Positions 1-12,025 of a DNA stretch of 64,000 nt are shown here, in pieces (positions within the stretch are counted from its first letter, which is position 1; every line of letters begins with the position of its first letter). A program made the translations under genes and the position numbers. The stretch lies in NCBI GenBank assembly GCA_030141605.1, contig JAQGDQ010000550.1, positions 1-64,000 on the forward strand, in the 5' to 3' direction. Under the pieces are notes generated by a model. The model saw only the letters and a list, made by a program, of their open reading frames with translations. It was not told where the DNA came from and did not search any database. This stretch comes from Tubiluchus corallicola. Taxonomy: Eukaryota; Animalia; Priapulida.

Positions 1-1320
1 TAACACCACACTGCACCACACCACCCACCCACCTACACACCACACCACCCACACCATACCACTCCACCACATCACACCACACCGCACCACAACATACCAC
101 TGCAGCACACCGCACGACCTACATACCACACCACACCAACCACACCATACGACTCCACCACATCACACCACACTGCACCACACCATACCACATCACACCG
201 CACTGCACCACACCATAACACCACACCGCACCACAACACCCACCCACCCACACACCACGCCACCCACTCCATACCACACTACCCACACCACACCCCACAC
301 ACCCTATCACCCCACCACACCATCCATAGCACAACACACAAAGCACACCACCACCACACCACATCAAATCCACCACCTCACGTGGTGATCATGATGTTGA
401 TGATGATGATGATGGTGGCAACGATGACAACACCTTTAGCACAAGCACCAACAGCACAGCATTACAACAAAACCAGTCCAAACATTTTTCACAAAGTTGA
501 AACTATGTGCTATAATATAATAAATAGCAAAGGCCCCGCAAAAGATTTTGCGTATAAATACACGTGTAATCAATAATACGCGAACATCCTACCTAGTCCA
601 CATTTATAACACAAAGCCCGTAACATCGTGCCTACCGTTTGTTTAACTAACGCAAAGCCTGTAGCTTTTTGCTGAATTAAAGTTATAAGATTATAGACAG
701 AGTACAATGGATGACGTCACAACAATGCCTTTGCGTCAGCAGTTTTCTAAGTGAAAATTGCCGAAAATGGAACTTCTAATTAACTCGCCAGTACTCCTCT
801 CGGTGGACCTGCCCTAAAATATATCCCACATCATCGTGTAGCCCTGTCCTTCCTCTTTGTAAAGAGCCGTATATCTCCTTCCGAGAGTCCCACTGGGCGA
901 CGCTAGAACGTTTTTCCCGCAGGCTGTTTGGTCAAAATTTCGAAAAAATCGCGAGTTGGGTCCGGGAAAACGCCCATTACGGGACGCCGTGGCCCTCTCG
1001 GGAATTCTAAATATGCCTACTACACCCACCGCTGAACGGGCTATCTATCCATACCCAGCACCACCCTCGGCCCGTTCCCGTTCTCTACATCTCAGCCGTA
1101 TAACTTTTGCAGAAAACGGCCGAAAAAGGGCCATTTTTGGAGGTTTTTCGCCTCCCCCTTCTCCCGGTGGGCCCCATTCGAAAAATAAACCATCAATGGC
1201 ACGACACTAGATCGAGACCTTTCGTTTGATGTATAGATCGCCGCAAATGGTGCCCTCGTCCGGGCTGTAGCCTCGAATCTTATATATATATTAAGATACC
1301 AAGAATATTAATATAAGAGA
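1..1320 (-). mobile_element. Non-autonomous Helitron, unit C (3' part cut off by the window edge)
   Basis: It starts TCTCTTATATTAAT at 1320 on the minus strand, directly after the CTAG of unit B. It is near-identical to 1962-3284. Confidence 0.78.
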
Positions 1321-3284
1321 CTAGCCAAACCCCACAAAAAGAATTTTGTGCACAAATCAACACAAAACCCACACCACACCACTCCACCTCATCACACCAC
1401 ACTGCACCACACCATACCACTCCACCACATCACACCGCACAGCACCACACCATAACACCACACTGCACCACACCACCCACCCACCTACACACCACACCGC
1501 ACCACACCATACCGCTGCAGCACACCGCACCACCCACACACCACACCACTCCACCACATCACACCACACTGCACCACACCATACCACTGCACCACCCACA
1601 CACCACACCACACCACCCACACCATAATACTCCACCACATCACACCGCACAGCACCACACCATAACACCACACTGCACCACACCGCACAGCACCACACCA
1701 TAACACCACACTGCACCACACCGCACAGCACCACACCATAACACCACACTGCACCACACCACCCACCAACCTACACACCACACCGCACCACACCATACCG
1801 CTGCAGCACACCGCACCACACCACACCACCCACACCATACGACTCCACCACATCACACCACACTGCACCACACCATACCACTGCACCGCACCACCCACAC
1901 ACCACACCACACCACCCACACCATAATACTCCACCACATCACACCGCACAGCACCACACAATAACACCACACTGCACCACACCACCCACCCACCTACACA
2001 CCACACCACCCACACCATACCACTCCACCACATCACACCACACCGCACCACAACATACCACTGCAGCACACCGCACGACCTACATACCACACCACACCAA
2101 CCACACCATACGACTCCACCACATCACACCACACTGCACCACACCATACCACATCACACTGCACTGCACCACACCATAACACCACACCGCACCACAACAC
2201 CCACCCACCCACACACCACGCCACCCACTCCATACCACACTACCCACACCACACCCCACACACCCTATCACCCCACCACACCATCCATAGCACAACACAC
2301 AAAGCACACCACCACCACACCACATCAAATCCACCACCTCACGTGGTGATCATGATGTTGATGATGATGATGATGATGGTGGCAACGATGACAACACCTT
2401 TAGCACAAGCACCAACAGCACAGCATTACAACAAAACCAGTCCAAACATTTTTCACAAAGTTGAAACTATGTGCTATAATATAATAAATAGCAAAGGCCC
2501 CGCAAAAGATTTTGCGTATAAATACACGTGTAATCAATAATACGCGAACATCCTACCTAGTCCACATTTATAACACAAAGCCCGTAACATCGTGCCTACC
2601 GTTTGTTTAACTAACGCAAAGCCTGTAGCTTTTTGCTGAATTAAAGTTATAAGATTATAGACAGAGTACAATGGATGACGTCACAACAATGCCTTTGCGT
2701 CAGCAGTTTTCTAAGTGAAAATTGCCGAAAATGGAACTTCTAATTAACTCGCCAGTACTCCTCTCGGTGGACCTGCCCTAAAATATATCCCACATCATCG
2801 TGTAGCCCTGTCCTTCCTCTTTGTAAAGAGCCGTATATCTCCTTCCGAGAGTCCCACTGGGCGACGCTAGAACGTTTTTCCCGCAGGCTGTTTGGTCAAA
2901 ATTTCGAAAAAATCGCGAGTTGGGTCCGGGAAAACGCCCATTACGGGACGCCGTGGCCCTCTCGGGAATTCTAAATATGCCTACTACACCCACCGCTGAC
3001 CGGGCTATCTATCCATACCCAGCACCACCCTCGGCCCGTTCCCGTTCTCTACATCTCAGCCGTATAACCTTTGCAAAAAACGGCCGAAAAAGGGCCATTT
3101 TTGGAGGTTTTTCGCCTCCCCCTTCTCCCGGTGGGCCCCATTCGAAAAATAAACCATCAATGGCACGACACTAGATCGAGACCTTTCGTTTGATGTATAG
3201 ATCGCCGCAAATGGTGCCCTCGTCCGGGCTGTAGCCTCGAATCTTATATATATATTAAGATACCAAGAATATTAATATAAGAGA
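1321..3284 (-). mobile_element. Non-autonomous Helitron, unit B (1964 bp)
   Basis: The minus strand starts TCTCTTATATTAAT at 3284, directly after the CTAG of unit A. It ends with a hairpin (1333-1350) and CTAG (1321-1324). It is colinear with units A and C. Confidence 0.8.
1351..2340. repeat. Complex (CACAC/CACCA/CATAC/CACTG)-type satellite inside Helitron unit B; homologous tracts at 1-380 and 3315-4372
   Basis: About 1 kb of degenerate 3-5-mers arranged in shuffled higher-order blocks such as CACACCATACCACTCCACCACATCACACCACACTGCAC. The plus strand is extremely C/A-rich. Confidence 0.95.
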
Positions 3285-5285
3285 CTAGCCAAACCCCACA
3301 AAAAGAATTTTGTGCACAAATCAACACACAACCCACACCACACCACTCCACCTCATTACACCACACCACACCACACTGCACCACACCATACCACTCCACC
3401 TCATCGCACCACACTGCACCACACAATACCACCACACCGCACCGCACCACACCATACCACCTACACACCACACCACCCACACCATACCACTCCACCACAT
3501 CACACCACACTGCACCACACCATACCACTGCACCACCCACACACCACACCACACCACCCACACCATAATACTCCACCACATCACACCGCACAGCACCACA
3601 CCATAACACCACACTGCACCACACCACCCACCCACCTACACACCACACCACCCACACCATACCACTCTACCACATCACACCACACCGCACCACACCATAT
3701 CACTGCAGCACACTGCACCACCCACACACCACTCCACACCACCCACACCATACGACTCCACCACATCACACCACACCATACCACTCCACACCACACCATA
3801 CCACTCCACCACATCACACCACACTGCACCACACCATACCACTGCACCACACACGCACCACACCACCCACCTACACACCACACCACCCACACCATACCAC
3901 TCCACCACATCACATCACACTGCACCACACCATACCACTGCACCACCCACACACCACGCCACCCACACCATAATACTCCACCACATCACACCGCCCAGCC
4001 CCACACCACACTGCACCACCCACACCATACCACTCCACCATATCCCACCACACCGCACCACACCATACCACTGCAGCACACCGCACCACCCACATACCAC
4101 ACCACCCACACCATACGACTCCACCACATCACACCCCACTGCACCACACCATACCACTGCACCGCACCACCCACACACCACACCACCCACACCATAATAC
4201 TCCACCACATCACACCCCACTGCACCACACCATACCACTGCACCACCCACACACCACGCCACCCACTCCATACCACACTACCCACACCACACACCCTATC
4301 ACCCCACCACACCATCCATAGCACAACACACAAAGCACACCACCACCACACCACATCAAATCCACCACCTCACGTGGTGATCATGATGGTGGCAACGATG
4401 ACGACACCTATAGCACGTATAGCACAGCATTACAACAAAACCATTCCAAACATTTTTCACAAAGTTGAAACTATGTGCTATAATATAATAAATAGCAAAG
4501 GCCCCGCAAAAGATTTTGCGTAAAAAACCACGTATAATCAATAACACGCGAACATTCTACCTAGTCCTCACTTTTAACACAAAGCCCGTAGCAGCTTTTA
4601 CTGAATTACAGCTGCGTAGCAGCTTTTTGCTGAATTAAAGCTATAAGATTATAGACAGATATAATGGATGACGTCACAACAATGCCTTTGCGTCAGCAGT
4701 TTCTTAAGCGAAAATTGCCGAAAATGGAACCTCTAATTAACTCGTCGGTACTTCTCTCGGTGGACCTGCCCTAACATATAGCCCACATCATCGTGTAGCC
4801 CTGTCCTTCCTCTTTGTAAAGAGCTATATATCTCCTTCCGAAAGTCCCACCAGGCGACGCTAGAACGTTTTTCCCGCATGCTGTTTGTTCAAAATTTCGA
4901 AAAAATCGCGAGTTGGGTCCGGGAAAACGCCCGTTGCGGGACCCCGTGGCCCTCTCGGGAATTCTAAATATGCCTACTACACCCATCGCTGAACGGGCTA
5001 TCTATCCATACCCAGTACCACCCTCGGCCCGTTCCCGTTCTTCAGAAATAAGAGGTATAAGTTTTGCAAAAAACGGCCGAAAGATGGCCATTTTTGGAGG
5101 TTTTTCGCCTCCCCCTCCTTCCGGTGGGCCCGATTCGAAAAATAAACCATCAATGGCACGACACTAGATCGAGACCTTTCGTTTGATATATAGATCGTCG
5201 CAAATGGTGCCGTCGTCGAAGCTGTAGCCTCGAATCTTATATATAAATAAATATATTAAGATACCAAGAATATTAATATAAGGGA
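3285..5285 (-). mobile_element. Non-autonomous Helitron, unit A (5'-most copy of a head-to-tail array)
   Basis: On the minus strand it begins A|TCCCTTATATTAAT at 5285 (host A, then TC). It ends CACAAAATTCTTTTTGTG-GGGTTTGG-CTAG at 3285, a 7-bp hairpin 8 nt before CTAG. No TIR, TSD or Rep/helicase ORF is visible. This matches canonical Helitron termini. Confidence 0.8.
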
Positions 5286-7392
5286 TAGCTTGATAACTTA
5301 CACAAAAAATAATTTTCAACATAAAAGAAGTTTAGGCAGAATAAAAGTACGTTAGTTGTAGTTGTAACTAATTTTAAAGCTGCTCACTTGAAAGTATTTC
5401 GCAATGATGTTGTTGTCGTTTTCGCTCTCGCTGTTTTTCGTGGAATAAGTTTAATATTGTGACGTCACAGCAGAATTACTCCAAATTCTAAATTTTCAAT
5501 AAAAACGGATTGCATGATAACGATAACGATGACTCATTCAGGCAGTTGGGTAGAAAACATTGAGTAAACAAGTAACCCAGCGCTTCGCATTTCGGACTGG
5601 TTTCAGCACTCAAAGAAATTATTAGCTATATCTCGCCATGAGATGGCAGGCAACACTAGGCTAACGACTCTGCAACGAGCCCCAGAGAAATGAAATGACA
5701 TCACGGCTGTCAAAGGATGATTCTTATCTCCTCATGTAGATTTATAACAATTAATTTTGCCTCTTAAAAGAGGGATGTATTCTGAGCAGTTGTACTCTAA
5801 ATCTCTAAAATTATAGGTACTGTTTTTTAGGCTGAACGTGGAAACTAAAGATGAACGACATTTGGCCTTTTTCATGCTCCTACATTGCTTTCTAAAGGGC
5901 TGTTCACATGCTCACAACATCCCCCTTTCAGCTGGAGCTGATTTTGTTTTTGCTGGCAGCAACGGCCTGCTCCAGTTTTCTCCATCTGACAATTTTTCCG
6001 CTCAGAATGACCTCTAGTGGCCAGACGTGTAATGTTTGCCAAATTCAGATAATTTAGGCCAGCGGTTATCTGATGAACCATTGATGACGCATGCGCCGAT
6101 ATTTTGGTAAAATGGCTCAAGGATCTTTCACAGCAAAAGCAAATATTTACTCTGTAGCTGTTGTTGTTTAGTCGGCTTACTCCGATTCTACGTGATTCAG
6201 AAAGTAACGATAAAGTAGGCCTGCAACCTCTAGCTGTGTCTTCACAGTAAATAGTAGGCCTAATTTAAGGCCTACGGCGGTAATTACGTTGAAGGCTAGG
6301 CCTCGCCCTCATGAAAATAATGTTATCTACAGGATTCAGACTTCTACAGTTCCGTATTCACGAGAAATGAGTGACCGCTGTTCAGTAAGCGACTTTTAAT
6401 GAGATACATGTACTGTAAAATAAAAATGTACCGAAAACGATGTTTTTAATAACGGCTAATACATTTAATGTATTTATTTAACGTTACAATAACAAAATTT
6501 ACAATTGCAGGCCAAGTTAATGGCTAGAATAACGCAAAGCATTGGTGCCTCGCGCCATCTAGTGAGGATAATATTTTTTAAAAAATTCTCTAATTGGGCT
6601 CACAGATTTAGACAAAGCGTTTGCGTGTTATTGAGAGATTGCTAGCACATAGCTAGAACAAGGGCGCCACGTTGTTGGTCATCAGCAACTTTCCAACATG
6701 TATTTTCAATGGCGCTTCGGGTTTGTTTTTACATAAACATTTTTGCCATAAACAGAAATTTAAAATTTTTTTGGTTTTTTGCTAATTGCAATTATAGAGG
6801 CATTCCTATGACAGTCAAGATATAAATTAAACTACACAATTGGGTCTGTATTTACAAATATTATTGCAGCCATTTCTAGCGATATTCGTTTACAATTTTA
6901 ACCAAATTCCTTATTTCGCTCCCGGATTAAACTAGTTTTGTGCCTGTAAATAACTAATTAGCTAGAAACCAGCATTTCTAATTTCCATTTGCTCGTGTAA
7001 CTATCCTGGTGAAATAAATAAATCTAATCCAAAAATAATTTGGACTGCTCTATTTATCTAATTTGCACGGTGCCGTGCAGGAATTTAACAGCGTGCATAT
7101 TCACCCAGAAAATTGTTTTCCAGGTATAGGAGGCACTATCCAGTACGTAATTTTTCACAACTTGAAAAAACAGGACCCACATTAAGCGACTTGACCTTAT
7201 AAAAGAATATTAATCTAATTAATAAACAATTTACAAATTCTCTGTGAGTACTTAAGTATAACTGAAATATATAGTGACCCTAAAAAAGATCTGATTTGTT
7301 TATGCTGTATTGCAAAGATACTTTGCTATTGAACACTTTTGTTTCTGCGTACTGTTTTCTGTAGGTTTTAAGTTGAATCAGCTAAAGAAGAA

Positions 7393-7512
7393 TACACTGT
7401 TAAAAAGAAAGGGTTTTTAAATTTTTTAAAAAGGGTTTTCATTGTGTCCCCGTCGAAAATATTTAAGGGTTAATTGAAAAAATCCTATGCTAAAAACCCT
7501 TTTCTAAGGTGT
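7393..7512. mobile_element. Possible short MITE remnant (CACT-starting, EnSpm/CMC-like terminus)
   Basis: Left end TACACTGTTAAAAAG. A 12-bp inverted repeat pairs AAAGGGTTTTTA (7408-7419) with TAAAAACCCTTT (7491-7502). The right end is degenerate. Confidence 0.3.
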
Positions 7513-7804
7513 TCTTACATACACCTCACATGACATTTTTTTCACAACTGTTCAGAAGAGTTTCCCGAAGTGATGGAATTTCACACAAGTGATGCTGTAT
7601 ATTGTTTTGGTGCCCGATTTGAACATTTATAGACAATGCAAGAGACTGGCACTTATAACTAGTTTCTTAACTTGGACACAAATTCATACATGGCGTATTA
7701 AAAAATTATTGCAAAATTTCACATGCACGCATAAGCACTATTTAGCAAAAGCAGTAACTTGCCCAACAACATGGTGCCCATTGTTGCGTCACTTTTTGCG
7801 CGAG

Positions 7805-7808
<4 letters not shown>

Positions 7809-7839
<31 letters not shown>
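7809..7839. repeat. (TC)n microsatellite
   Basis: Perfect dinucleotide run. Confidence 0.95.
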
Positions 7840-7843
<4 letters not shown>

Positions 7844-8728
7844 ATACGCCTAAATCTCTGAATTGGGCCACAATTATTTTAATATTTCTTTTCTATTACA
7901 ATGATTATGCGCATTATTCCTTGAATGTTAGTCAAAAAAAGAAAAGAAACACAAATCAGAACACGACTTTTTTATGTAAGTTTAGACATGCATTGCCCAT
8001 TATGCTAGTGGTTTAGTTCAGATGCTGATTTTAAACATCCGTGGACAACTCTAGTTAGTGGTAGTATAGAAACGATTTAAAGCTATCTGAAGGTGTTAAA
8101 GCTGTCCAAAAAGACAGCCAAGTGAGCAAGCGCAAAACACATTAACCCATAAAAGCAGCAGAAAATGTGTATGAAGCTGTCAAAGTGTCTTCTCAAAACA
8201 AGTGACTGACCGTGAAAGACTGAGAATCGTCATTGTGTGTAAAAATGTATTTGAAAGGCAAACTGGTTCATTGTAATGTGACAAGTGACGTTCAAGTTTG
8301 AAATAAGTAACATGTGAAATTACAAATCCCTGACAAAGTTTGTTATGTCATCATTTGAATGGCCACAAAGTAAAATAAAACCATAGAAGCAAAGAATTTT
8401 ATGTGGCAGGATCCATAGCATGTATGCTTGACATGAATGACTCTTGGCCACCGAACTTACATACGCCCTCTGAGCACTTTCATTCGCTATTTGCCTTCTA
8501 GCAGGACACCTCTGCGGTTCAGTGGCTCATCTTAGAGGGCTAACGTTGACAATGAGTCAGACTCCAGTTATACTATACTAGCTATCTACATTAACTAGAC
8601 CTCGCTGTTGAATTCCGGCCTCTGGTGTCCCATACTATACAAAAAGAGGTTATTGTCAAATACTAACTGTAAATATCAGCTTTATGTGAAATTTGCTTGC
8701 ACCTTGCGAGCTTTAATTACCGCGCGAT

Positions 8729-8918
8729 CAGGAGCGTATCAAGACATTACAACGTCCTAGGCTAACAGTTCAGTCCGCCCATCTCTGTTATGGATTTTTT
8801 TATTCTTGTTTACATAGGTTAAATGAAACATACTTCACAATAACTTGTAGTGTATTAGGCCCTAAAACATGGCACCCTAGGCAACAGCCTTGTTAACGTA
8901 TTGCTAGATAGGTCCCTG
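8729..8918. mobile_element. Probable hAT-like MITE (190 bp)
   Basis: Imperfect TIRs: CAGGAGCGTATCAAG versus the reverse complement of the right end, CAGGGACCTATCTAG (11/15). CCTAGGC occurs subterminally at both ends. The 8-bp flanks CGCGCGAT/CACACAGT match only 4/8. Confidence 0.4.
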
Positions 8919-10262
8919 CACACAGTGCCATCTGTTATCAGATTTTTCCTCCTCATCTCTGCAAGAAAAGAGAAGCAGAGATTAAAAAGTTGGTGCACGG
9001 TGATAGTTACAATAGATGGCATCAGTTTTTTTATATGTATTATTCTTGTGTGGATTTACGACCTATGAAGTACAGTATTTTGATTCTCGCTAATAAATAA
9101 AACTCCAAAATAAAAATGCCAACATAATACAGATGTTATCGTAAACAGTTTTTAAATAATAAATTAAAGTTTTGATACATTATCCAAATGGAAAACACTA
9201 TACACAGCATACAAGATTAAAATAAAATAAAATTGGCAAGATATAATAATATTAATTCACATAATGCTATTCAGTACTATGCTTTGCTAATTGTACTTCG
9301 ACTTACGAGCAAGCTAATATAAATAACAAGACCATGTATTTACAATGCAAAAAAGAAACTGGGTTATTTATACAGAACTGTATAATACAGAAACTTAACT
9401 TTATGCAAACTAGTTCAAATCTTTCTAATTCTGCTCGGATACCCTAGTACAGCTATTCTTAAATTGACACAAAAATTTTAAGTCAAGAAAAACATGGAAC
9501 ATCAAGAAAGCATACAGACGTAGAAGTTTGAGGCATGTAACAGTTGCAAAACTAAGTTAATGCCAAAAGCATTGAATTTAAACAGTTGTTAAACAGAAAT
9601 TTCAGAAACAGTTGTTAAACAGAAACGCTTCTGAGCTAGTGTTTTATGACAGCTACTAAGCTAGTATGCAACAGCAAAGATCTGCGCACATCAGGTTCAC
9701 AGTAATTTGCACAAAACATACGGACTGCAAATTGTATAAACTATAGATGTCACTAACTGGTTCAAAAAATAAAACAGATTGATTGTTCTCTGCTTATAAC
9801 TTGTTTATAAATTATCAGAAAACTTAAAATAATTAAATTCCAACTTAGTCGCGTGATCCTAAAACAACTTTGGTATCAGCAAAAAAAAGATGATAAGCCT
9901 TTCCAAGCATAAAAAAATAAACTGCTTAAACGCCAACCTTGTTATAATGCATTATGCACAGGTCAGACAACAATCTTTAGCTGCCTAACATTATAGAATA
10001 TTACGTTAAACATTCACCTTTTAGAAAGTAACAGAAAAACACTCTAGCTTCTGCTTTCACTTTTGCTAACTAGGGATTAACTATTGCAGAAAGTTATCAC
10101 TTTCTACTCAGCACTTACAAGCTATTAAGGGCTCAAGTCAGCTACAAAGGTGCTCAAAAAATCTGTTGCAATGCCAATTTTACGCAATACATGAAAACCT
10201 TAACTTAACATACTAAAATATTATGCTACATAAATGCAGTGAAGCGCATTGTCTTTCTTCTG

Positions 10263-10372
10263 TCACACCCACATTCCGTGGGGATTCTTTGGTGTTGGCA
10301 AAACATTGGCAAGTTGCTGAGGAGCAAATGTCATCTTGCGTGGAGCTTTAGTTGAGCTCGTGGTGCCCTCTC
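10263..10372 (-). CDS. RASSF8: RASSF7/8 homolog, coding exon 6 (terminal)
   Basis: Acceptor TTTTATAG|GA, phase 1, matching exon 5. It reads (G)EGTTSSTKAPRKMTFAPQQLANVLPTPKNPHGMWV*. The C-terminal NPxGxxV resembles the RASSF8 family terminus. Confidence 0.9.
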
Positions 10373-11379
10373 CTATAAAAAATTAAATCTTCAGAAATGG
10401 AAGTTGATATATGTCCTTGGTCAAAGTGAGTTGTTATTAACATATTAAAAGAAATGCTATGAAGTAAGTTGTAGGTTGTAAATATTACAACCACATATGG
10501 CATCATTATAAAAGCAAAGTTTAGGTTTTATTTCACAGGGAGGAAAATTCTCAACAATACTTCAGTGCAGAGAATAGTCCAAGAAGTTAATGCCATATTA
10601 CAAATTACTTCATAGCACAAAACAGATGTAGTATGCAATTCAGCAAAAGTTTCTGATACACATTTAATGGCAATGAAGTGGCTTCGTTTTTACCCACTTA
10701 TAAAAAATTATTGGCTGGCAACCAATCTTTATCGTATATCTTTTTCGATATATATAGATATGTGAACGATATAAATAAATATACATATACACGATAGCAT
10801 AAAAATCCAAACCTCTATACTGATACTTTTCATTATCAATTGTTTCAAAGGTTTAAAGAACCACATTACTAACACTGCCAGCAAAAAGAAAGAACTACAT
10901 GACGTCATATGCTATATATCGTAACAAATTGCAGTTGCATTATAATGCGTTAAATATAATCTCTTGTAATACAGTTGTCGGATGTATGCAGCTTGATTTT
11001 TAGTTTATCATGAGTCGCTAAGATGATATTTGTTTTTGTGATGCTTCACAATTTTATTTCCTCACCTGCACTAACACATGTCTAATGTATATTAGTTACC
11101 ATGGTAACATAATTTGAATTTTACAAGATTTACGAAGCAAATTTTTGTTGAAACAAATCAGCATCTATTTCGACATATCCTACAAATAATATGAATGGGC
11201 ACAGATTCTGTATGTCATAATGACTCGTGCAAAAATAAACGATGTTATGAACGAATGAAGAACTGAACAAACAAACAAACAAACAAATAGCTGATTAATA
11301 TTAAGCAAAATTGTTCAATACCCGTGCTAAGGAATTGGCAACTTTGACCCGTTTTTGTCTTGTGAACCTCTTTTTATAA

Positions 11380-11840
11380 TTTAGTTTAATTTATTAATAC
11401 TCAATTGAAACTTACAGAAAGTGTACAAACATACAACAATACAACACTATACATTACAACAAAATAAAACATTACATTAAAAATTAAAAGATTTTTGAGT
11501 GTTGGGGAGACACAAAGAGGAAAAACTGCTTACATGTGCCCTTTATATTTGAGAAAGCTATCAAGATCAACTGAACACAATAATTTAAAATTTGCTGCTG
11601 TCACAAGAGGAGAACCATTCACAGAATTTGAAAGTGAATCCCGCATGTGAACAATCTGGTTTGAAATAAATTGTTGAAACTGTTAGTTTTAACGAATAGT
11701 TTCTCTACCTATGATCAGATGAAGACCCAGTAAAAACGTTTTAGCACTCAAACCTACTTCTTTATGAATGATTTTATAACATAGGTCAATTTGAATTCGT
11801 CTTCCTTCTAACAACTTTATATGTAAAATTTTCAGTCTAA
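11380..11840 (-). mobile_element. 5'-truncated CR1/L2-group LINE remnant in intron 5
   Basis: The minus-strand translation RLKILHIKLLEGRRIQIDLCYKIIHK...FISNQIVHMRDSL resembles the CR1-group ORF2 C-terminus (LEERRxRxDLxxxYKI...FFSNRVVxxWNSL). It is followed by a T-rich 3' UTR and AATAAA near 11390, and it contains stop codons. Confidence 0.7.
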
Positions 11841-11856
11841 CGAATCCAGGTTTTAC

Positions 11857-12025
11857 CTTCAGAGATTTCTGACGTCTCAGAAGGCTGATCGGTTTTGGCA
11901 AACGTTTCGAGATTTTCATCTCTTATGTCTCGCAGTATTACTTCGCACTCTCGAGATTTTTCATCAATCTTCGCTTCCAACTCGTTGATTTGCTCCGAGA
12001 CCTTCTCCATTTCCTGAACGGTTTC
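11857..12025 (-). CDS. RASSF8: RASSF7/8 homolog, coding exon 5 (coiled coil)
   Basis: Acceptor TGTTTAG|GAA (phase 0) and donor G|GTAAAA (phase 1). It reads ETVQEMEKVSEQINELEAKIDEKSRECEVILRDIRDENLETFAK..., and DIRDENLETF resembles the ELRQVNLQQF motif of RASSF7/8. Confidence 0.9.

Noticed and set aside
814-1210. Repeated 71-aa and 84-aa ORFs in each Helitron unit
   Set aside because: They are short, overlap on opposite strands and show no HUH Rep or helicase motifs. They recur only because the DNA is repeated.
72-4547. Many ORFs rich in W/C/G/V or H/T/P, including the 403-aa ORF at 3312..4523
   Set aside because: They are translations of the stop-poor CAC satellite, open in several frames on both strands, with no domain or splice support.
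1-5285. Telomere/subtelomere or rDNA-spacer interpretation of the array
   Set aside because: No canonical telomeric repeat or rRNA sequence is present, and the Helitron-type termini explain the unit boundaries.
8799-8804. AATAAA on the minus strand as the RASSF poly(A) signal
   Set aside because: It lies within the putative MITE and such hexamers are common in AT-rich DNA. It cannot be assigned without 3'-end data.
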